Shown here in pieces: positions 18,349 to 26,580 of a DNA stretch of 38,028 nucleotides. Under the pieces are notes generated by a model that was not told the origin of the DNA, ran no database searches, and saw only the letters and a program-made list of their open reading frames with translations. The position numbers and the translations under genes are program-made. Each line of letters begins with the position of its first letter. Position 1 is the first letter of the stretch. The DNA is from Chloroflexota bacterium (lineage in GTDB: Bacteria > Chloroflexota > Dehalococcoidia > GIF9 > UBA5629): positions 9,417 through 47,444 of the forward strand of contig JAPLHK010000096.1 of NCBI GenBank assembly GCA_026389715.1, written 5' to 3'.

Positions 18349-18888
18349 TTACTTGTACGGGAAAAGGGCCGGCCAGATGAAGGCGTCGATCATGCCGGTC
18401 TGGACAAAAAACATGGCGGCCCCACCAACGGCCAACCAGTAATTCAAAGCCGGCTCTTTCTGAGTAATGACCAGCAGTGAATATAGTAAGGCCAGTGAAG
18501 CCAGGCCGACTGCAAAAAGCACCAGGCGTATATAGAACCGCCAGCCCGGCCACTGCGTCTCGATAAGTTTATAGGTGAGCGGCATCCAGAACGCGGAGAA
18601 GACCAGAATGACCATGAATATCATGTCGAGCACCAGAAATCCATCGAAACCACCGATGTGCACGGTCTTGGCATCGAGATGAAAGAAGATAAAATGAAGG
18701 CAAAGCAGGTAACCCACAGCAGCCATCGGCATGCTCACCAGATAAATCGATTTGAGAGCCGGGGTGATGCGCCCCCACAGAAGCTCTTCCGTGTTGGGGT
18801 GGCTGATTAGTCCCGCCGCGTAGCTGGCAACAACCGCGAGGCCCCCCAGCACATTTATAATGAGGAACCAGATCTTCTGCTCGTCCAT
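18349..18888 (-). CDS. small integral membrane protein, unknown family
   Basis: 179 aa with an ATG 7 nt after GGGAGG and about five hydrophobic helices. It is the first gene of the operon and ends 32 nt before the Fe-S gene. Confidence 0.6.
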   Translation of the reverse strand: MDEQKIWFLIINVLGGLAVVASYAAGLISHPNTEELLWGRITPALKSIYLVSMPMAAVGYLLCLHFIFFHLDAKTVHIGGFDGFLVLDMIFMVILVFSAFWMPLTYKLIETQWPGWRFYIRLVLFAVGLASLALLYSLLVITQKEPALNYWLAVGGAAMFFVQTGMIDAFIWPALFPYK

Positions 18889-18953
18889 GCTGATACCTCC
18901 CGGTCTTTCTATTTACAGGCCGGTTACGCCGACTGGCCGCATTACGGCATTAT

Positions 18954-20334
18954 CTATTTCCAGCTGCCGTCTCTCAGATTGATGGTAATATTGTTGTCTG
19001 CCGGCGGCAGGTCGTTCCACAGGCCGATAATCAGGTCTTTGCGGTACTGTATAACTGCCCAGGCCAGCGGACTGAGTCCCGTCTCAATAACCGGCTGCTG
19101 TCCCGGAGCCAGCTTTTCATCGCCGGCAAAATGCGCAACGAAAGCCGGGGCTATCTGCTTGGCTATGTTCTCGGATTCGGCCTGGCCTATCCCGTAGCCC
19201 ATCAAAGTCCTGGTGGCCATGCCGGCTACCTGGTCAAACAGGTATTGCCTGCCGAACTGAGGGAAATCGCTGGGATGCGATTTGATAGAGGTCACCATCC
19301 CCTCGGTGATAGCGGCCTGCTGATCCTTGCTTATATTAACGATGCGATACGGACAAGGGTAGGTGACCAGCGAACCGGTTTCGATATCATACACGAACTT
19401 GCCACTGTCGGCATAATTTTTCATGGTGATATCCTGAGCGTGAAAATGGCCGGTGAAGACCATGCGCGCGTTGTAGCTGGCGAACAGCTTGGCAACCCGC
19501 TTCGTAATCATCCACGATCCATGCGCCGTAGTTCTTCTCCTGGCCTGCGTAATGCTCCATGATGCCGTGGTGCATCATCACTATGACGGCCTTGTTGTTT
19601 TTAGCCGCCTGTCCCAGCATACTCTCGATCCAGGCCAGGGTCTTAGGGCTGAATTTACCGTCTGTGATCGTTTCCTTGTCCTCCACGTTCTCCTTCCAGC
19701 GGCAGGAATCCAGTGCCAGCAGCCATAACCCGGGCTGAGGCTCGGCGACATAGCTGACAGAATCGGTGTCGCGCTGCAGGGCATCCTTGTAGCCGTAATC
19801 AGCGTATATCTGCGTGAACTGTTCGGCGGTTATGTTGGGGACGCGCTTCTTGCCATCGCCCACATAACCATAAGAGAGGCCGTTCTTAATGTCATGGTTG
19901 CCCGGTACCACGTACACTTTCTTGCCGGCGGCCTTCAACTGGGCCAGGTAGCTGGCCGCCAGTTCATGCGATGCCTTCTCCCCGTCCTTGGTCAGGTCAC
20001 CATTCACCAGCACGATATTGGCCTTGAGATCCTTTATGGCAGCAAGGGCTGATTCAGTAATCTCCGAGCTTTCCCTTATCAGCTTGTTATCATTAGCTAC
20101 ATAGGCCTCGAAGGCCTTCCCCGTCGTTCCCAGCGACGTATCAAAGACATGCGGATCGCTAAAAACCACGAAACTTGTTTCCGGGTAGTCCGGGGCCTTG
20201 GCCAGCAGCGAAACCAGTGATTTGTCGTTTTGGTACTTGAAGGATGGTTGGGATGCACAGGCTGCCAGACTTGCAATCAATATGAGAGCAAAAACTATTT
20301 GGACGATTGCGGGAAATTGTTTTACCGCCTTCAT
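18954..20334 (-). pseudogene. lipoprotein calcineurin-like metallophosphoesterase, split by a 1-nt frameshift
   Basis: Two overlapping ORFs (19387-20334 and 18954-19511) together carry all five phosphoesterase motifs. VVFSDPH, VNGDLTKDG, VVPGNHD and VMMHHG are in frame 1; FTGHFHAQD is in frame 2. Deleting one C of the CCC run at 19496-19498 restores ...DDYEAVAKLF.... The signal peptide has lipobox SLAAC. Confidence 0.7.
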
Positions 20335-20381
20335 AACCTTGTCACCTCCAGTGTTAATACCGCGTAATGTTTATTGGGCCT

Positions 20382-20411
20382 ACTATACAACATGGCGGCT
20401 ATTTGAGGCAA
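20382..20411 (-). promoter_or_regulatory. putative promoter for metallophosphoesterase gene (and possibly downstream operon)
   Basis: On the minus strand: TTGCCT (20411-20406), 18-nt spacer, TATAGT (20387-20382), about 48 nt upstream of ATG 20334. Confidence 0.4.
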
Positions 20412-20463
20412 GCTTATGCACAGTTAACCGTTATTCTGTTTCAACACAACATGATAACCCGGC

Positions 20464-21741
20464 CTACAATAGCGGATTCATCACTCTTCCCACGAAGATG
20501 ACCGACCCTGTCTTGATATCCCTGATAAGAAAGATGAAGGGATGGTCCACCGTTACCTCCAGCGGTATTACCGGCATGGCGGTAGCCCGCATGATGACGG
20601 CTGTGGCAGCCGCGGCCTCGGTGCCGGATTCATCGACCGACACGAAGGCCTTGTGTACCACCTCGGATATGGAGAGTTCCCGGTTTCCCGTCATTCCGGA
20701 GAAATCAGCCTGCCCCGAGAAGGCGATGGGCATGCCCATGTCCGCCAGTACCTTGCCCAGGCTGAACTCGGACTCATATTTGAAGCTCGGCAGGCTGAGC
20801 GCAACCTGTTTAGGAGTAATCCCGTTTATGATTGAGGCCACTTTTCCTGCGTCCAACGACTTTTCGAATTCGGCGAATTTACCCTCTTCGGGCAGTAATA
20901 CCACCATCTCGAGCTCACGCCCGTCATAAGGAAGCGTCACCGCCTGGAAACCGCTGCCTCCGGCGTATCCCAGGCGCTCGGTCTGGTGCATCATCGGCAC
21001 CTTGACGGCAGATCCATCGGCCAGGTGGAAATCGGCCGGTTGCGTAGCGTTTTTCTCGAAATTGTTGGCCCAGGCGGCATTGAAATAGATAGCATTGGTC
21101 AGCACCAGCCTGGTCAGAGGATCGATGGCGCCGGGTGGTATCAGGTCCTTGATGCGCTGCTCTGTCTGGTCTTCGACCCACTTGTTGATGGTTATGCGGG
21201 AATCATCCGGCGCCGTGCGGAAATCCAGCGTCCTGAGTCCCGTGCCGTAGTCCTCTGCCAGCAGATCGAGATATTGCGCCAGGAAAGGATATCCTGTCTG
21301 CCCCCAGATGGCATTGACGATATTTAAGCGGAAGCCTTTACCATCCTTGCCTTTGGCTCCCTGACCTCGGGCCGATAGTTCCTGGTCAAGGCCGTTAAAG
21401 GCCGGGTGCAGGCGGTCCTGCGGCAGGGTGTAGTGCAGCGTTGTCGCCATCTGTTTTTCCGTAGTATCACGCGCACCGGCATAGGTCGTGGCCAGGGCGA
21501 GAGAAATCGAATACGGAGAATAAAAGAGGTTGCCCTGCGTTCCATTAAGCGCCTGGTACAGGTCCAGTGCAAAGGCGTTGTTGCCGTCAACCAGAGCGGC
21601 CAGGTCGGCCTGGCTCACGGCCGGGGCTACCCTCGGCTTGTCCGACCTCTGCACGTCACTTGATGACGGCTGCGCGCAAGCCGCCAGGCCGGTCAGCAAA
21701 ACAAGGCCCAAACTTGTCACGTACAACCATTTTGATTTCAT
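20464..21741 (-). CDS. serpin-family protease inhibitor, lipoprotein
   Basis: 425 aa with an ATG 7 nt after AGGAGG and lipobox LTGLAAC. It has the serpin hinge/RCL ESGTEAAAATAVIMRATAMPVIP and a C-terminal VDHPFIFLIRD...GRVMNP. Confidence 0.9.
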   Translation of the reverse strand: MKSKWLYVTSLGLVLLTGLAACAQPSSSDVQRSDKPRVAPAVSQADLAALVDGNNAFALDLYQALNGTQGNLFYSPYSISLALATTYAGARDTTEKQMATTLHYTLPQDRLHPAFNGLDQELSARGQGAKGKDGKGFRLNIVNAIWGQTGYPFLAQYLDLLAEDYGTGLRTLDFRTAPDDSRITINKWVEDQTEQRIKDLIPPGAIDPLTRLVLTNAIYFNAAWANNFEKNATQPADFHLADGSAVKVPMMHQTERLGYAGGSGFQAVTLPYDGRELEMVVLLPEEGKFAEFEKSLDAGKVASIINGITPKQVALSLPSFKYESEFSLGKVLADMGMPIAFSGQADFSGMTGNRELSISEVVHKAFVSVDESGTEAAAATAVIMRATAMPVIPLEVTVDHPFIFLIRDIKTGSVIFVGRVMNPLL

Positions 21742-21904
21742 GTCGCTGCCTCCTGTATACTCAATTCACACCAGTTATAACGTTTCCCCGTGCAGTTAAG
21801 TTTAGCAAACCGGCGGGCTTCGCATTGATGGCATGGATAGCTGCGGACGCGCTGTGCGAACTAACTTCAGAAAAGACGTTGGGCAGAATTAAGGGCTAAT
21901 ACGG

Positions 21905-22261
21905 TTAAGAGCAGGTCTTGCCCTCATCTCCGCAGCAGGTCTGTTGCTTGCCGCCGCACGAACCGCCCCCGCAGGTTCCCCCGCCACATCCCTCCTGCCT
22001 CAGCATCAGCATCGGCCCCTCAGGTGTCTCTTCGACATCCAGGGTTACACCGTTAAGATGGCCGGCGAGATCGCCTTCAATAGCAAATACCTTTGTTCCT
22101 TCATGCTCAACTACATTATCCCCGGGCTGCTCGCGATCGAGTATCAGCCCGAGCTGTCCTTCTTCATTGGCTGTCAGCCTGAGCAGGGCATCGCTTTCCC
22201 CGGAATTCTCACTCAATAATTTTTTCAGTTCAACCCTGGCGTTGTCCGTAACTACAATCAT
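21905..22261 (-). CDS. HesB/IscA-fold-like small protein with Cys/Gly-rich C-terminal tail
   Basis: 118 aa. The N-terminal ~90 aa (MIVVTDNARVELKKLL...LRLTANEEGQLGLILD) resemble the IscA/HesB fold but contain no Cys. The last 27 aa are CGGGTCGGGSCGGKQQTCCGDEGKTCS (6 Cys). The stop codon is TAA. Confidence 0.5.
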   Translation of the reverse strand: MIVVTDNARVELKKLLSENSGESDALLRLTANEEGQLGLILDREQPGDNVVEHEGTKVFAIEGDLAGHLNGVTLDVEETPEGPMLMLRQEGCGGGTCGGGSCGGKQQTCCGDEGKTCS

Positions 22262-22414
22262 TTTTTCTCCAATAACTCATGTATTTGTATCGAATTCAAT
22301 CAATTATAAGGTAAAACCCGCCACCGTGCATAAACCGGATTGTGATTAAAGTCGTTGGGCCCAAAACCGGTATTCCGTACAATTGATGCATCTTATAGCA
22401 GGGAGAGATAGTTA

Positions 22415-22894
22415 ATGAATAAAATATTACGGTTGTTTGGGGTACTGATAGTAGTTTTTGGAGTTATCAGCCTTATAGTCGGCGTTACTGTCGCCGCCCT
22501 GGCCTATGATAAGCAGGTCTGGATGACGGACGCCATGAAGCAGGAAAAAGTTCCGCTGGCAGCGCTGGGGGTCAAGGGAGCAGGAGCGGATGAAATTATC
22601 GATAATGCTGCTGCTGCGCAGGTTGCAGCAGATACTGTCAGGACACACCGGCATAGCATTGCGCCCACATACAGCGATCTCATGGCAGGCGGCAAATACG
22701 ACCCTACCAACACCAAACACCTTCTTTATGCCCAGGCTTTGAACCTGGAAAACTACCTTTACCTGGGCGTGCTCGGCTTCGGCGTTGCGCAACTGGCCAT
22801 GGGCATGGGCGCATTCATGGTACTGACCGGCCTGGCACTGGGTATCACTGGCATAACCTTATTCAGGCTGGCCGGCCAGTTGAAAACTTGTTAA
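22415..22894 (+). CDS. membrane protein, unknown function
   Basis: 159 aa with an ATG 7 nt after GGGAGAG. It has an N-terminal TM helix, a soluble middle and two C-terminal TM helices. Confidence 0.55.
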   Translation: MNKILRLFGVLIVVFGVISLIVGVTVAALAYDKQVWMTDAMKQEKVPLAALGVKGAGADEIIDNAAAAQVAADTVRTHRHSIAPTYSDLMAGGKYDPTNTKHLLYAQALNLENYLYLGVLGFGVAQLAMGMGAFMVLTGLALGITGITLFRLAGQLKTC

Positions 22895-22910
22895 GCCTGA
22901 TTAATTGAGG

Positions 22911-24125
22911 TCACGCCGCCTGAGGGTGCGTATCCTTAACCCATAGCGATACGAGGAACGCTCCCACAAAAAGCACAACCAGCATTGCCAGTGGAGCAAT
23001 GAACTGGCCGGTTGAGGATTCCAGCGCTTCCATAGAAGGCACTATTGCCACAGCCGCCAGGTTACCCAGCAATTGCAAGTATCCGACTGAGACGCCGGCA
23101 TATTGGGCCCCGGTCACCTCGGCTGACATGGTGAGAACGATCGGAAACGTCGAAAGAAGGAAGAAGCCCAGTACTATGCCATTGATCATATTTGCCGTAT
23201 AGCCCCGGACGAGGATCAGGGCTGTGATGCAAATTGCGCCCGCCAAGGTCCCGATCAGCAGGAATGGCTTACGTCTCCTGACCTTGTCCGAAATAAGCGG
23301 TATTACAATACAGCCGATCATACCAGCGAATATCAGGACTGTCGATATGGTACTGCCCTCGGTCATCGGTATATTGTGCAGATCATGCAGTATTTTCTCC
23401 AGCCAGGTGGCCAGCCCATTGAAAGCGCCCAGGCCGACGAACGTCACAAAGCCCAGCAAAATAAAATTCCTGTTCCTGAGAATGACCCCCAGGCCTCCCC
23501 AGCTCGACGTTGAAAGATCGGCTTCTGGCGCCCGCGATGGAGTGGGTGGTTTAGACCTGACAACCAGAATAAAAACAAGAGCGCCGAGGAGTCCGGCTAT
23601 GGCGTAAATCCAGAGCATTGAACCGTAACTGAGGCCCTCAACTAATGCCGGCGTAGCTCCCAGCGCCACCATCATTCCTATAAAAACCGCCAGAGTACCC
23701 AGGCCGACCGCAGTACCCTCCTCCTTGGGAGAAAACCACTCTGTAGCCAGCTTGGTTACCCCGTTCAAAACGAAAGGCTGCCCCAGAGAGATCCCTATCT
23801 GTGAAATGAGCAGATTATCAAACGAACCCGGCGCCGCCAATCTCAACAGCGAAAAGGCGCCGGTGAGGATGGCCCCGATCCCTACACCCCATTTAAACCC
23901 GATTTTATCTATGATTATGCCCGCGGGAATGGTTAGTATGACCTGTACCAGAGGGAAGACCAGAGTTAACCATTGAACGCTGCTGGCCGGTATATGCAGC
24001 ATATCTTCGATATAAGTATCGATAGCTGCGAAATTCAACCAGTAAAGTTGTGTCAGCGCCGAAACGTACATGTAGATGGCCAGCACCACCCACCTGTACC
24101 TGTAAACCCTGTACTGTTGTTCCAT
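22911..24125 (-). CDS. MFS transporter
   Basis: ORF 22911-24164 trimmed to ATG 24125, which is preceded by GGGAGGGG. It has ~12 hydrophobic helices in two halves separated by a charged loop (RSKPPTPSRAPEADLS). Confidence 0.8.
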   Translation of the reverse strand: MEQQYRVYRYRWVVLAIYMYVSALTQLYWLNFAAIDTYIEDMLHIPASSVQWLTLVFPLVQVILTIPAGIIIDKIGFKWGVGIGAILTGAFSLLRLAAPGSFDNLLISQIGISLGQPFVLNGVTKLATEWFSPKEEGTAVGLGTLAVFIGMMVALGATPALVEGLSYGSMLWIYAIAGLLGALVFILVVRSKPPTPSRAPEADLSTSSWGGLGVILRNRNFILLGFVTFVGLGAFNGLATWLEKILHDLHNIPMTEGSTISTVLIFAGMIGCIVIPLISDKVRRRKPFLLIGTLAGAICITALILVRGYTANMINGIVLGFFLLSTFPIVLTMSAEVTGAQYAGVSVGYLQLLGNLAAVAIVPSMEALESSTGQFIAPLAMLVVLFVGAFLVSLWVKDTHPQAA

Positions 24126-24240
24126 GAACAGCCCCTCCCTGAAAGTTATTTTAAGCCGTGGCAACTTGCATAACCGTCCTATTATAAACCAGGCGTCAAG
24201 GCGCAGGTATAACCCAAATCAAAACTGACAAGGCCTTTCC

Positions 24241-24269
24241 TTGCCCGTCCTTATTGCTTGAAGTACAAT
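24241..24269 (+). promoter_or_regulatory. putative sigma70-like promoter for hypF
   Basis: TTGCCC (24241-24246), 17-nt spacer, TACAAT (24264-24269). The ATG lies only 13 nt after the -10 element, so the leader would be very short. Confidence 0.3.
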
Positions 24270-24282
24270 TCAGCCTGGATAT

Positions 24283-26580
24283 ATGGCAGACAGTAATAAA
24301 ATCGAACTTGCCCGCATCAGCGCGAAAGGTGTGGTGCAGGGAGTGGGCTTCCGTCCCTTCATATACGGGCTGGCAAAGAAATACAGGTTGAACGGCTGGG
24401 TTTGCAACACGTCCGAGGACGTGAAAATAGAGGTGGAGGGTGAAAGGGAATCTCTCGATTCATTTATATCCGCCATCAAAAGCGAGGCTCCGCCATTGGC
24501 ACGTATAGAAAACTTAACCGTGAGCTTCGGCTCTTCTGTCGGCCATGGCAACTTTGAAATCCGTGAGAGCGAGGCGCTGCCGGGTAAATACCAGCTCGTA
24601 TCCCCGGATATTGCCACCTGCAACCTCTGCCTGAATGACGTTTTCACAGCCGGCAACCGGCGCCGGCATTACCCTTTCACCAACTGCACCAACTGCGGTC
24701 CGCGCTTCACCATCATCAAGGATATCCCCTACGACCGGCCGCTCACTACCATGTCCTCTTTCAAGATGTGCCCCGATTGTCAGCGCGAGTATGATGACCC
24801 GCTCGACCGCCGCTTCCACGCTCAGCCCAACGCCTGCCCCGTCTGCGGTCCCCAGCTTGAGCTTACCGACAAAATGGGTAAGCCTGTAGATTGCAGAGAC
24901 GTCATAAATAAAACGGCGGAATTCCTCAGGGAGGGCAGGATAGTGGCCATCAAGGGATTGGGAGGCTTCCTGCTGGCCTGTAACGCCGAAAATGTGGAGG
25001 CTGTCACACTACTGCGCCGGCCCAAGCGCAGGCCCTCCAAGCCTTTCGCCGTCATGCTCAGGGATATTGAAGAAGCCCGCAAACACTGCGTAGTCTCATA
25101 CACAGAAGAGAGTCTGCTGGCTTCGCCGCAGGCGCCTATTGTGCTGCTCGAATGGAATAGCTCCTCTTCTATCTGCCGGGAAACAGGCCCGGGTCTGAAA
25201 TACCTGGGCGTGATGCTCCCCTATACCCCACTCCACCATCTCATCCTGCAGAAAACCAACCTGCCTCTGGTGATGACCAGCGGCAATATCAGCGAGGAAC
25301 CCATCGCCGGGCAGAACGGTGAAGCTTTGCGAAGGTTGGGAGATATTGCCGATTATTTTGTTTTGCATGACCGTGACATACACTCTACCTACGATGACAG
25401 CGTAGCCATAGTCTTTGACGGAGAACCGCGGCTCATCCGCCGCTCCCGCGGGTATGCCCCTTTTCCCATCCATCTCGCCTTCACTGCGCCTCAAATCCTG
25501 GCCTGCGGCGCCGAAGAGAAAAACAACTTTTGCCTCACGCGCGACAACCACGCCTTCGTGAGTCAGCATATCGGCGATATGGAGAATATCGAGACGATGG
25601 ATCACTACGAGAGAACAGTGGAACTGTATAAAAAGCTCTTCCGCATCCGGCCGGAGATTATTGCTTACGATATGCACCCCGAGTACCTGCCCAGCAAGTA
25701 CGCTCTGGAACAGGCGGAAAAACTCGCGTTAAAGTCTGTTGCCGTTCAGCACCACCACGCACATATAGCCTCCTGCCTGGCGGATAACTGTAAAGAGGGT
25801 CCGGTTATCGGCGTGGCTTTTGACGGCACAGGCTACGGGAACGATGGGCATATCTGGGGCGGCGAGTTCCTGGTAGCCGATTACAAAGGTTTCAGGCGTG
25901 CGGGGCAACTGGAATACCTCCCCCTTCCCGGCGGCTCACTGGCAATTACAAAACCTTACCGCACCGCGCTGGGCTATATCCTGGCCCTCTTGGGCGAACG
26001 GGCACTGGATAGCAGGCTGGGTTTCCTGGGCAAGATCGATTCGGTTGAAAGAGCACTGGTGCTCAGGCAGGTCGAGCTCAACCTCAATTCCCCGCTTACC
26101 TCCAGCATGGGGAGGCTCTTCGACGCCGTATCCGCCATGGCCGGCGTACGTTCCGCCATCGACTATGAAGCCCAGGCCGCCATCGAGATGGAGATGATCG
26201 CGTACGATGCGGCAGGCGAAGCGGGCTCCTATCCTTTTTCACTGACCGGCGACAACAGCTATACGATCGTCCTGCTCCACGAGCTTGTCGCAGCCGTCCT
26301 GGACGACTTACTGAAGGGCTGCCATGCCTCCACGGTGGGCATGAGGTTTCATAACACCGCCGCTGCCATGACGCGCGACGTCTGCGTGAAAATAAGGGAG
26401 GGATCAGGGTTAAATTCGGTGGCACTCAGTGGCGGGTGCTTCCAGAACCGGCTGCTATTGACAAAGGTTACGGGCCTGCTCAGCCAATCCGGTTTTGATG
26501 TGCTCAATCATAAGAACGTGCCATCCAATGACGGCGGCATCTCACTTGGCCAGGCCGTGATAGCTGCGAACGCAGCTTAG
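24283..26580 (+). CDS. hypF: [NiFe]-hydrogenase maturation carbamoyltransferase HypF
   Basis: 765 aa. It has an acylphosphatase-like N-terminus (VQGVGFRPF), two Zn-finger pairs (CNLC...NCTNCGPRF; CPDC...ACPVCGP), a YrdC-like domain and a Kae1-like C-terminal domain. Confidence 0.97.
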   Translation: MADSNKIELARISAKGVVQGVGFRPFIYGLAKKYRLNGWVCNTSEDVKIEVEGERESLDSFISAIKSEAPPLARIENLTVSFGSSVGHGNFEIRESEALPGKYQLVSPDIATCNLCLNDVFTAGNRRRHYPFTNCTNCGPRFTIIKDIPYDRPLTTMSSFKMCPDCQREYDDPLDRRFHAQPNACPVCGPQLELTDKMGKPVDCRDVINKTAEFLREGRIVAIKGLGGFLLACNAENVEAVTLLRRPKRRPSKPFAVMLRDIEEARKHCVVSYTEESLLASPQAPIVLLEWNSSSSICRETGPGLKYLGVMLPYTPLHHLILQKTNLPLVMTSGNISEEPIAGQNGEALRRLGDIADYFVLHDRDIHSTYDDSVAIVFDGEPRLIRRSRGYAPFPIHLAFTAPQILACGAEEKNNFCLTRDNHAFVSQHIGDMENIETMDHYERTVELYKKLFRIRPEIIAYDMHPEYLPSKYALEQAEKLALKSVAVQHHHAHIASCLADNCKEGPVIGVAFDGTGYGNDGHIWGGEFLVADYKGFRRAGQLEYLPLPGGSLAITKPYRTALGYILALLGERALDSRLGFLGKIDSVERALVLRQVELNLNSPLTSSMGRLFDAVSAMAGVRSAIDYEAQAAIEMEMIAYDAAGEAGSYPFSLTGDNSYTIVLLHELVAAVLDDLLKGCHASTVGMRFHNTAAAMTRDVCVKIREGSGLNSVALSGGCFQNRLLLTKVTGLLSQSGFDVLNHKNVPSNDGGISLGQAVIAANAA

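Noticed and set aside
21905-21907. Possible selenocysteine recoding at the end of the Cys-rich HesB-like protein
   Set aside because: The ORF ends in TAA, and there is no in-frame TGA within or just after the tail.
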